A stretch of 63,342 nt of DNA, the filler included, from Bigelowiella natans CCMP2755 (taxonomy: Eukaryota > Protista > Cercozoa), in assembly GCA_000320545.1 (NCBI GenBank). It is 6 parts of 6 records of this genome, joined end to end, with 100 filler letters (N's around TTAATTAATTAA, not from the genome) between each part and the next. Parts side by side here need not be neighbours in the genome. Positions count along the whole stretch, not along the records: positions 1 to 27,044 come from ADNK01000295.1; 5 more parts are not named here. One strand, written 5' to 3'. Position 1 is the stretch's first letter. The number at the start of each line of letters is the position of its first letter. The notes under the pieces are model-generated. The model ran no database searches, was not told where the DNA came from, and saw only the letters and a program-made list of their open reading frames with translations. This document shows positions 1-12,242 of the stretch, piece after piece. The position numbers and the translations under genes were made by a program.

Positions 1-106
1 ACACACACATCCCACTCACTCACACTCGCTGAGCTGGTCGTTGAGTAAGCAAGTATGCATTCATCGTGTATGAACTGAACAAGGGGCTGATGGTTATTGG
101 GTGCAG

Positions 107-789
107 ATTCTGTGGACGTTCTCCATCTTTCTCGAGGCTTTTGCACTGCTTCCACAGTGAGTAGCAGCTATATAATAGTGATTATCAATCCGAATTATTC
201 CTGCATGGGAAATATCAGAGAAAACGCGGCAGTAGTCAACATTTTCCTTTGTTGGGGACGTCTTAAATCAAGCTGGTGTAACTCCTTATTCCGATAATTA
301 GATATGTGCTGCTGTACCGCTTGGACTCGCGTGCGGACCCATATAGCTTCGGGATCGTGGCCATGTTAGGAGGCTATCGCATGCTATACCTTTTAAAGTA
401 GTAAATAACCAAATACCTACCCGTTGATCTCTCTCTCTCTCTCTGGCAGAACGAGTGCAATAAGAAAAGAATAGCGAGGAGGCATGGGGGGGGGGGGAGG
501 GGGGTTTATGGTAACGCAGGAAGTAGCACATATGCAGCCGCTCTCGAGTGCTGGGAAACATTTCTTTCCATGCGTAATTATTTAATCGGTTTTTGCTTCG
601 TTCTTTGATCTTGATTCATTGCCTGATGATCTGCCTTGCGCTTCAATCCGGTCATCAATCATCAACACTTAGCTGGTTGATGAAGTTCACTTGGAAGGGT
701 GCTTACGTGTCGCGCTACCACGTTGTCTCTTCAATCGGCGGATTAGGTGCTCTTTCACATTTCTTCTTTTCTCCAATGCTTTTTCTTCA

Positions 790-845
<56 letters not shown>

Positions 846-884
846 ATCTATCTATATATCCCTCTTTCCCCCGTATTAAGTTAT

Positions 885-920
<36 letters not shown>

Positions 921-953
921 CTATATATCCCTCTTTCCCCCGTATTAAGTTAT

Positions 954-990
<37 letters not shown>

Positions 991-1375
991 TATGTGTATG
1001 TGTCCGTGTATTTCATGACCATGATCACGATCGATAATAAGGATAATTCGGGTCTCCTTTATTCTCTATATGTCTTCCCCTACTGCTCTTTTTCCTTTTG
1101 TACGAATGACAGGGAACATGGTCTTCTACGTCGACTTTCTGATGCAGCGCGTGTTTACGGAATCTCCGCTCGCTGCTGTTGTGCGTCGCATAGACGGCCA
1201 CGCTAATGAAATTGTGAAGGAGATTGGGACGCAATTACAAGTTATCACAAAGACCGGAGGTTTAGAGGAGGAAAAGTCCGCCTCTGCCGCCGAAGAGGCA
1301 GCGAACAAGGTTGCTTCCCAACAGCTTTTGGACCCTGCGGTAAGCGAGGAGGGAGAAGAACCGTCACCTGCCTAA
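107..1375 (+). CDS. ERD2: ER lumen protein-retaining (KDEL) receptor family protein, 3' exons (5' end outside window)
   Basis: GT-AG exons 107-156, 302-397, 673-746 and 1113-1375 splice in frame to ILWTFSIFLEAFALLPQYVLLYR...GGYRMLYLLNWLMKF...GNMVFYVDF. This matches the KDEL-receptor motifs WTFSIYLE-A-LPQ, YRALY-NW and Y-DF. Confidence 0.88.
826..990. repeat. Intronic tandem duplication (~70 bp unit) interleaved with (CT)n/(GT)n microsatellites
   Basis: tatctatatatccctctttccccc(c)gtattaagttatac(gt)n occurs twice. Confidence 0.9.
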
Positions 1376-2194
1376 TTTAAGTTAAGTATCAAATTTGGGT
1401 ATGCTTCGTTATCTCCAAGTAGCTCTGTCCGTAACAATAGCGCATTGTGTCCTATGCGCATATCTAGATGTTGCAAACACATCGGGAAAATGTGTACTAT
1501 GCACATGTAGTTGCACATGTGATTTATACATATTTTTTATCAAGTGAATTGCGCCTCTCTAGTACTGCAAGAACGCACGCATCTCTGACTGTCATGAAAA
1601 CAACGTAGACAGCAGCAAGCTGTCACGCATGCCGTTTGACAGTAAAGGCAAATACGAAAGTTTTAACAACTTTTAGACAAACTGCTGCAGCATGTACGGA
1701 ATCTAGTTTATTTTCCAAAAGAGCAGGGCTAGAGAGGCATGTGCAAACTTTGCTTGGCTACAATGACCAAAGCTGCCAGACACTATGATTGCGTATGTGT
1801 GCATGCAATGTGCAAATTGTACGAAACATGTGCTGAATTAAAGAGAAAGTGGCTAGAGAGGGTTTTGCTCGACATTTGCGTGTTTGTTTACACTAGCACA
1901 TGCACCTGTTTGCATGCTGCATACTTATTGTGCTCTGTTTTATGTGAGGCGCCGCAAAGCGCATCACATTGAAGGTCGCAGTGCACGTTGTGCGGTAGAA
2001 CGACCAGTGCGTGACAATGATGAAATGGCGGCAATGTAAATGTGGCTGTGACACTCAAAAGCTATTCCTACATTCCAGAATGAAGCTAGATGTACATGTG
2101 ATGCGTGCACATTGATATGTGTATACTACTCACAATCGAGGTATACCCAACTTGATCCTGGTATGACATCGTCTTACATATGAATTTGGTTTAT

Positions 2195-5100
2195 TTAAAT
2201 TGTTACTTTCCTTGAAAAACCTGCATCTTCATGATCGATTTCTTCGGACTTAATTTTCATGTAATACTTATAAAGTGTCTCATCTTTCGGTATTCCTTTT
2301 CTTCCCTCTTTGTAATAGCAAGCTAATCTATAAGCAGCAGCGAAGCGAACCATAGTCTTATCAGTGTCGACTATAAATTCCAATAGTTCTCTGATTTTAC
2401 GATACCCACCCCGGGTTCCTCGGTACTTATCCACAAATTTGTACATTGTATGAGCGGCTTTATGTTCACCGTTTTCGATTGCTTTTTTAAGCAAGTCACT
2501 TGCGATATTTAATTCTTCGACCCCATTGCCAATAGAATTACTGGACATTTCTTCCATTTTTTCCTTATATCTATCGATATACGATTTTTCCACAGCACCT
2601 TCGACTGTTCCTTCTACCACACCCCGTGTAGACGGACTCTTATTTTCTCTGTTGTGCATATCTTGAAATGATATCCTTGGGCGTGGTCTCTTATTAACTT
2701 GCGATATCGCAGGTTTATCTACTTCATCCTCATCATCTTCATCAACATCAAAAGGGTTTTTGGCTTGTTTGTCCACACTGGGTAGAGATTTCGCCGTCGG
2801 GGTGAGAGGACTATCTTCCCCAGTTGCTCTCGACGATAGGATAAACGAAACGTATTTACTATTCCCAGAAGTCGTATTAGGGCGAGGGCTTGGAGTGGGT
2901 GTTCGCGACTTCAATTGCGCAACATCCTCAAGCCTTGGTCCAAAGGTTGCAACAGAAAAACTATCGCTAGGTAATCGTTGAAGCCAGCGGTATACCACCT
3001 AGATTACGTTTAAGTATTTTTTCACATTCATCACAATAAGGAATCGTCATACCTTCTTTCTGCTTACTTCTGCAGCATCAATTGTTCTCTTTGGATTGTC
3101 AATCAGCATTTCGAGGTGACTTTTAACAGCATTAAGTTTAGTTTAAAAATTGAGCGGTTGAATATTGTTTACCCATATAGAAATTTGAATGTCTCGTAAT
3201 CCTTTTGATCTTTTGAAGCATCCATAGCCATCCGAATATACTTCAAACCCTTTACGTGTTAATGCTTAAATTCTTCAATATTTGGAAGCGAATCAGTACA
3301 ATACCTCTTCCTCAGATTTTTCAATTCCCTTTCTCTTTACCTTATCGAAATGATATACAGCGAGGCGTTGCAGACTAGGAACATGGCCAATATTCCCAGC
3401 CCTCTCTAGCAAAAGCACCTGAATAGACCACGTGACTTTTCATACGCTGAATGCTAGTGAAAAACTTACAGTTTCTTTATATCCATCCTTCTTAATTTCG
3501 TCAGCGAGGTTATACAAGCAGACGGCGTCGTTGAGGTCTGATCCCTGGAACAGTATTTATTGTTATTGCTCCAATCAATATTGAGATCTTATGCAAGAGC
3601 CCGTTATAGTTCAATATAGTTTAACGCTAACCTTCTTCAAAATCTGTTTCTTTTTTTCATATTCTCCAATAAATCCATAAAGGTAAGCAAGGTTAGAGAG
3701 AATATAGCCCTAATAGTTTTGAAGTTATATCCTTTTCACATTAGAGTTAACGTTTCAGCTGAAACCTTTTCCCCCTTTTCGAGAGCATATTCGCACCAAT
3801 GTATTTCCTGTAGAATTTCAAATATTCATCTCAGAAAGTTGCTAAGTTGCTAAGTTGTGATGTACACAGACCAGTATTTTGTTTAGTGCAGCTCTTCCAA
3901 CTTTTCTAGAAAGCCCCTGAATAGCTTCAGGCTCATCCATTCCATTCCCAATCAAGGATTTCACAGGTAGTCGACTTGTAATGGTTTAGTATAAGTTTAA
4001 CTACTTATTAATTCGAGAAACAAAGCATTAATTTACCTTTCATTGGTGAAAAACCATTTCACTGACTTAGCCACCTGAATTTTATTATCACTTGGTGACA
4101 TAATGAGTACATGTAGCTTCTTTTTAGCAACCTCTTTGCTATCTGGGTTCTCCATAATTTCTTTTTCATAAAGGTCTCTGTAGAGAAGAGACAAGAAGAA
4201 GGCAGCTGTGGAACTCTTCTCGGAATCATTTGTCAGATATATTCGCTGAAGCAATCTTGTAAGTTGTTGCAATGTGTAAGCTTCGAAACTATTATAAAGA
4301 AGAAAATGTACCTTGATATTCTGTTTGAAGATTTTCGACATGACTCAATTTTCTTCGAGTATTCAGGTTTCTTTGAGTCCAAAGAGCCCCAGTTTTCAAG
4401 CATTTCATCCCATAGTAGGTTAGTAAGGATCATCATTGTAACCTGTTCGCTTTCCTCACCATAGTGCTTGAGGGATTCTTCATCGGAAGCCTATACTTTC
4501 AACGATTAGCCTTTATCATATTTAAATTTAATCTTATTTACCTGAGTTAGATACTCTATTGCAATCTTATAACTCGGTTGATGAAATATTTTAGTTCCAT
4601 TTTTTTCTGATAGGTAACGCGCTTGAACCAAGAGCCCATTTCCAACCTTCAATCTTTCCCGATGGTTTTGTGGTCCCTAACATTTTCATTCTATTTCAAA
4701 TCATATAACATTCGAAATAGAACTAGATTACTTTGATATGGAGCTGTTGAATGATCTCAAATTTTCTATTTCTCTCCCGGCCTTCAGCTTCGTCCAGTTT
4801 CTCAACTTTGCGCTAAGATGGATCAATACTTACATACTCCAAAAAATTTAATGTACATAATGTGGCCCTCACCAGCAAACTAAATTCCATGCCCTTCATA
4901 AGCAAGGCCTCAGTAGTTCTACCCATTCTGTCCTCTTCCTCTATTCTCTCTGATAAGATTTTCAAAGAGTCTTGCTGCAGAAAAATAGAGTTTCACGTGA
5001 CATCTCTATCATGATTATTAAGCTGATTACATATTTTTTTTTCAGATCTGAAACTCTTCGGGTATCTTCGGCTTGCCACTTTTGAAATTCTGCTAGGTGC

Positions 5101-5229
5101 TCCTAAAGTTAGAATGTACTAATTAAGTACTGAATGAACATGTTAAATTAAATTTATACCTCAATGGAATCATTAAGCTTTTTCTCCCGTGGAAACCACA
5201 CATTAGCCTCCATATAATGCACCTTGTAG

Positions 5230-5302
<73 letters not shown>

Positions 5303-8300
5303 CAAAATATCTCCAGTGTATGTAATTTAATTCAAACCTTACTATCTGCCTCATCTCCCTTTCCTAAGTTTGAGAAAAATTGAAGAATTGTTTTTATTAG
5401 TTAGATTTGGTTTCTCACCGCGTTGTTGATCCAGAAACACAAGCATATCTGTGAAGTTTTCAGCTATCTCAAATGCCTGTTTGTATAAAGTTTAATCTTT
5501 TTCAAGCACCGTATCCAAGTCATCTTACCGATTCATTTACGAAATCCTTTCTTGTTACAAGATTTCCACGATTTGCGCGGACTTCCTGTTAGGACTTACT
5601 TAGTGTATATTACTATAAATTTCCCTCTAAATTGTGATGACTACCTCGCCTTTGCTGACGTCCAGCTTCCATGTTGCTAGCACAGGTGCAAAATCTTGAA
5701 TATCGACCTTTGGTGTCATAGCAAATGAATTCTCTTTTTGTTAATTTTCTTATGCACGTCACCATTAAAAGATGGGGGAAATGTTTCTCCCATATCTGCC
5801 TGAGATCAGGATTGTTGATCTTGAGGTGACTCTATTGGAAAAATTAATCATTAGTCGCCACCTGTCCAAACAGTATAGTATGGACCATCGAACACCTGAT
5901 TCACTTTAAGATGAAACTTATGAAGATCTTGTAGCATTTCTTGGTTCTTCGTCACAGTATCCATGACCATCAGAGTGGATTTGAAATGTGCACTCATAAC
6001 TATCCTGTAGCATGAAAACTCGGAATGATTACAATAATAGTGTTCTTTCCTTCCCAAAGTCTTACTGTTTCAACTGCTCTTCCATTTCCAGAAACATAGA
6101 CTTCCGGTCCACAGCATTAAATGCATTTCGCATCAACGCTTCAATGCCAGATTTCCAACCCTAAAACGACAAATCCCAAATCCCTGAAACAATACCTTCG
6201 CTAGAAATCGTGACATACCATTATTGAGTCAGTGAGGGTGGTTTTTTTCTTTTTCTCCTCCGCCTGTCCATCCGATATTTCGAGATAATTTAATATTTCC
6301 TGTAACAAGATATCATAGTTTGTCAAACAAACCTGATTTTAAGTAATGATTTTGTCGTTGGGTACAACTTTTCGAATTAACGTTTTGAGGGGCTCCTCCG
6401 GTGTATCTTCGGAGACAACCTATAAAATTTATACCAAGCGAGGCCCTTGAAAATACATCACTGATGTGAACATATAATATATGTGTGTTGTGTGTTGTGT
6501 GTGCACTTATGTATGAAAATGTTTCTTGTATTAATCTTTCACTACCTCAGAGATCGCATCGACATTAAGAACAATTTTTAGATACTTCTTCTTTATCGAA
6601 CTGTTCTCCGAGTTTGGAAGTTTTTTGATCGTTTCAAACTCAAAAGTTTGTCCATCGGGCTCTGCGGATGGCCATACCTAATACAGATGATATCCATAAC
6701 TTTCTACAATGTATTATACATAATAAGTAGAAACCTCTATCCAGGTCATTCTATCTGTGGACATCGAAGCTTCTGCTCTTTTTTCATAATAGTTGATAAT
6801 ATTTTTAGATTCTTGTCCCGCTTTCAGACCCTCGAGAAGGTCACTAATTTTTAACTGTTTCATTGTTTAAGTCAAAGAAGAGCATAGTAATTTCAGTAAT
6901 TTAAGGATTAAAGTAACCCGGAGCTTAATCGAATTTCTACTTCCATCGTCTTTTTGTTTGTTCTGTATGAAGCATTGTGTGAGTCTTTTCCTACCCTTTT
7001 TGAAAATAATACGATACCTTCACGCGAGTTAAAACAACAAGTACATTTGTAAGAACTCGACGGACTTGCAGCTTCAATTCAGACAAGATTCCTTTTTTCC
7101 CCTCGATTCCTCTGCATCTGAGCAAAAATGTATAATTTAAAGTTTATTCCCTGAGTCAATGATGTTCAACACCTTTCTGCCACTCCACTTATCATTATGC
7201 CCCAAAGTTGCATAGAAAATTTGAGCAGTCTGGAGAGAATTGTTTGAACCTTGCACAATAATTTATATATTCATGGGAGAGTTAAGAAGAGATTTTCTTT
7301 ATACCTCTGAATCAATATCCCTCATTGAATTAAATGCGTCCACGATAACCTATGGTAGACTCTGAAGATTAATAAATGGTAATGGATATCTTATTGTTCA
7401 TAGGGGTTCCAACCATCATTGGCTTCACGAGGAACAAAACTTCGCTGGCAGCGTGAGCTGCTAAAAGTAGAGCTTTGCCGGCCTATTTTAAGGTTACCTA
7501 TTAATATTTACAGTGGAAATAGAATGATCAAATAAAATACCATCTTCACCCCTGCTTTTGCAAACCTATGAAAAGAAAATTTGTTGAGTGTAGTGGCGAG
7601 CATTTTTGTTTTCCAACTGAAACTGACTTTGAAAAGTTTGCATCGATTTTAATCCCTGTCTTCACATTCGCAAACTGTGTGAGTTCTCCTAGCACTTTCG
7701 TACCAATAGACTCTGCTTTGTCCTATAAAAATAAGTGGTATATTTGTTTTCGAGTCATTGAAAATATTTTATCGGTCGCTTACCGCTATTTTCTTAGCCA
7801 CGAAAGCACCAATCTCTTTAGTTTTGCTTTTGATCATCTCAATCTGAGAATAAACGTTTACTATCAAATCATGTTGTTAAGTAAACGTGACCCCTGACTT
7901 TCTTCTGATCTTCCTCATCCAATTCGTCAACTAGATAGACAACGAAAGTTATTCCAGGAAGAACAAAAACTAACATATATCTTACATGAAGCCATAACAT
8001 CATCAACGATGTCCTGTATCTGGTCGTCTGCTTCTTTCTGATAAAGAAACTATGAACAGCCTGTAGACAAAATTCACAAGGATCTATCTCACATCAAATG
8101 ATTCCGCCTCGTTTTGAGGGTCTTCTTCCTTGTTTTCTTTAGGCTCTGACTTGTTCATCTGGTCATTTCCTTCGTCTTTATTCCTTTTCTGATCTATGTT
8201 TCCTCCTTGCACTCCAGGATCTTTACAAGAGCTATTCGCTTCACCTAGTTGATTTGCCAAGTACTTATTGCCTGTTTGGTGGCTACTTATTTGCATTTTT

Positions 8301-8484
8301 GGTCATTTATTTCGTTGATGACGCTGGAATCATTACTTTTGCTACGTCGCAATTGCAGATCAGTCCCTTCACTCTTTCCACTCATAAGACCGGCAACTGG
8401 CTTCTTCACGGGCGCTGAATTTAGATCCTTGTTTTTCATCGTTTGCTCCTTGGGAGTTCCCTCCGCACTGCAACCATGCCCCAT
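2195..8484 (-). CDS. Large multi-exon protein with C-terminal Sel1-like (SLR/TPR) repeats and a putative N-terminal myristoylation/palmitoylation motif
   Basis: AT-rich, with many short introns. Last exon 2195-2998 has AAYRLACYYKEGRKGIPKDETLYKYYMK. Internal exons have GNIGHVPSLQRLAVYHF and STAAFFLSLLY. The putative start at 8484 reads MGHGCS. Exact exon structure not resolved. Confidence 0.6.
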
Positions 8485-8520
8485 GGTGTGATTTGCTTGC
8501 GCAATGAAAGATATCGCCTC

Positions 8521-9660
8521 CTACGTGTGGTTGGAGCTCGGAATGGCTTGTTCTGTGCTTGTCGCGCATGCAAAATGAACGGGGAGTGCATGAGCAATCT
8601 GTCATTCTGGTTTCGCGCTGGCACCAACTGAGGATTTTGATGCCAGATTGCATGCAGACAACTCTCACTCTCACTGACTTGACATCAATGGATGGGGTGG
8701 TTGTGACCGGTTGCAAGAGGCGCATCCAGCTTGCTAGCAGCGCTGGAATGTGCATCTTGCTGTGAATGTCTCAATGAACAAATCAATCAATCAATCAGAA
8801 ATCACAATCAACTGTGAAACGAACTTCAAACCTGAGTCCTTGTGCAACAGAGAATCAGCTCGAAACTCGCAACGTGTCACTGTGAATCGTTCATTCAATG
8901 AGTTGAGTTGAACGATGGCTAGATGGAGCTGAGGTTCAAAGTGTTTGACTGCCAGGTGCACGCAGGCGGCAGCGACACGAACTCACGGTGCAAGTGTCGG
9001 TCCACGCTGCCCAGCTGTGCCGCAGTGTGGGGCTTCTTTGCTGCAAGCGCCCTCGCTAGCTCGCAATCTGGCAATGCATGAGTCTTGTGCACCGACAGCA
9101 TAGCTTCAGCCCTCGCTCCGCAGGTTCGCAAATTCACACCATCAATCAAATGATCAACAATTGAACCCTCCATTCCTGTTTGTTCGTGTTCTCACGCGCT
9201 CTTGTTGCACTGCAAGCCAGCAAGACACTCCACAGACTGTTGCATGTTGAGCAACACTGCTGGAGCAGATGGGCAGGGCTAGAGGGCCAGAGGGCTTTGG
9301 GGCTGTTTTGCCAGCACGCACGCACATCACAACAAGGCCACCCGTTTGCCGTGCAGCGCGTGTTGTCTGGTCATTGTGTTTGAAGCAGCCTCCGTGCGCT
9401 AGCTACGCTAGCTCTGAGGCTAGCGCACGGCACGGCACGACGCGTGCGTGCGCGTGCACCAATCTTGCAATCTCTACGGCACTACTCTAGTCTGTCTGGC
9501 AATGGTGTGGCATGCCTAGATGTGCTGCGTCACGCACCTCCGCCTAGGACGGATGCATTTCTAGATTTGCGTGAGCAAAAAATTTGATGGAAATTTTTGC
9601 ACGTGCCTACCACATTGCGCCCAGAACATGCAGTTCATGCGACAATAATGCACAATGCAT
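8521..9660. other. TpA-depleted, CTAG-retaining intergenic tract
   Basis: About 17 TA dinucleotides in 1140 bp: 11 CTAG, 5 CTAC, 1 ATAG, and none in any other context. Confidence 0.9.
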
Positions 9661-9806
9661 CGCGCCTCTATCACTAATACCACGGACAGCGCATTATGAA
9701 GATGACATTAGTTTGTAGGTCCACATCTGCGTATCGCTCGGCATATCTTACGTGCAGCCAGGCTGATCATCTGAGAATCCCCAGCCGTGGTCTGCGCAGC
9801 AATTGC

Positions 9807-11713
9807 TTAAGCAGCCTCAGCAAATCCAACGCGGGAGTTTCCGTAGTCAAAGACGGTGTAGTACGCTCCCATGAACACATCACCAAGAATCCAGAGAGGG
9901 CCGTTAGGGGGTGGGACATCCAGACCGATGAAACCGCTAATGCACTCCTGCTCGCCTGCAGTACCAACCTCAAGGACGTACTGTTCAGGGGTTAGAGTGA
10001 AGGTTTTGCCTGCGAGTACGATGTCAACGTTCGGCATGCTGCTCAGCTTTGAGCAGTCGACAGTAGCTTCGCCGTTGGGAGAGGGGAGGAGCTTGCAGAC
10101 CTTCTTCATTTCGTCCAGGACCTTCTCGCGCGAGGAGTTCTTGGAAGCCTCAGACTTGACGATATTTACAAGCCCCTCGCAGCCAAGGCATTCGACTGTG
10201 TTCTTGCAGAGTCCGATACCAGTGCAGATAGTCTTGGCGTCGATCTTATTCAAAACCTGATCGATGATCTTGTCGCCTGCTTGATCGATAGCCTGATCGC
10301 ACTGGCCCTCGAAGACACCAACAGCGCCAATCTTCTTGTTGAGTTCCTTAACCACGTCAGAAGGACCAGCGAGGAGTGAGGTACCACTGTCCGCAATAGC
10401 ATGGCATCCACCGCTGCAGTACGCATCGCTGCCGATCGAGAGAGAGTCCATCGTAAATTCCCAGTAAGTCTTATTGGTCAGCGGCACGCTGTTTCAAATC
10501 AACACGGAATACAGCAGTAGATATCAGTAAAAACAGATAAAGTATTTCTGTGCATCGTCTACTCTAAGCTAACTACTCCAGGAAAAAGGGAAAAGAAAGG
10601 AAATGCCATTTACTATCCTTCCCACTGATTATGAAAAATATAACTGATATGATAGACTACATACTAGGTGAAGTCCCCAGTGTAGTGGGCTGGGTCTGTT
10701 CCCCCAATGATGAGCTCGCCATCTCCTCCAGCCTTGCGGTTGAGGTAAAAAGCAAACACTGGCTCGTCTACCTTCCCCTAAAAAAGCAACGACGATAAAG
10801 GATTTAAGCACGTACTGACCGAATCATGAAAAACACTGCTATGGGTTATGTGTGAGATCACCTGGTCCATGATATTGTAGAAGACAGGAGGAGCGTGGGT
10901 CACGGCGATCGTATCAAAGGCTAGACCCATAATTCCGTCGAATTTTGCAGCAATGAAGGCAACGCCAGGCTCCTTGGTGACCTCAGCGAAAAGCTGGTTC
11001 TCGACCGTGATGTCGCCAAGGGTAACTGAATCTTGACTGATGAAACCAGAGCACGCCCCGCTTCCGTATTGGATGGAGAATACTGTTCCGTTCTTGGAGA
11101 AGCTAGAAGATTTGCTGGAGTCGTACTTGGAATGGAGGTCGCACGGAAGCTGGGTGAGTGGGCAGCTCTTGCTGGGAATCCAGAGGTTGGAAGATCCGGT
11201 GTCAGGAACAACCTTTACAGAAAAGAAAAATAAATATGTTGAAGAATTTGACATGAATAAGGAAATCTAATTTAAAAATGATGTTCTCTCTCCCCTTCTT
11301 ATTCTTAATCTGTTTATTTACGTTGAACTTCTGGGGGGGGTTTCCTACGCCGATTTCCACGAAATACTGTGCGTCCATGAAATTGTGGACAGTCACAGAG
11401 TGTGATCCCTTCAGCGCTTCGTGTTCATGACTAGAGTGCTCAGCCCAGTCCTTAGCGAGACTGATCGCATAACAATAAACCACTCTCATCAAGGATGGCA
11501 CAACATGAAGAAATAAAATTCTTCTGGGCAGAGCGACCGCAAAAACGAAAAATGCAAAAATATCAAGTCTTCCCACGTTCTCAGGTTGCGGTTTGTCCTG
11601 AGCTCTTGGCGTGCAGTTTTATCGAGTTTGTTAAGCTTGAGCCTTTGTAGCGCAGCGTGGGAGGTGGGCCCACCAAAGAGGAGGAAGACGAGAGCGAGCG
11701 AAGGGGACACCAT
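9807..11713 (-). CDS. A1 aspartic protease (cathepsin D/phytepsin-like) with signal peptide, propeptide and saposin-like insert
   Basis: Exons 11713-11577, 11460-11322, 11212-10862, 10777-10665 and 10488-9807. Catalytic motifs [11 protein letters not shown] and [10 protein letters not shown]; flap motif IQYGSG; C-terminal [16 protein letters not shown]; Cys-rich saposin-like segment CDQAID...ICTGIGLC...C..LP. Confidence 0.95.
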
Positions 11714-12242
11714 CTTCAATTTTCAGATCTAAATTAGAGTTTGATGTAAAGGTATTTTCCGAGAATCTGCTACGTTATTGTCTTAAATAGTCACTATTCC
11801 GAGATAAATGGACAATATTAGGACCATCTATCCCAACCATGTGCCAATCCCATTAACTTTCCTATCTCAAAAACTTGCACCAGAATTCTTCCCTACACTG
11901 AAATATTTTGTTAACGACATCTACACTATGATGTCGCATACTAATAAATAGCTGCGAGTCAACTTATATATTTTTTGAGGCGACATGTCATTGAGGAAGG
12001 GAGGAAGGGGAAGGGTACACCTTCACAAATGTGTACCGTAGACGTAATAGAACTTTCAATGATGTCGCAAGGAAGAAACATCCTGGAAAAACAAGGATGA
12101 TCATTTCAGACTGCAGGGGAGATAAATATAACGACAAATAATAAACTGTTGTCGCATCATGTAAGTGGCATACATTCTGAGTACCCCTCGAGGTCTAAAA
12201 TAAAAGAAACCAGCCTTCCTGCCTCTCCCAGAGGACTCGTCA

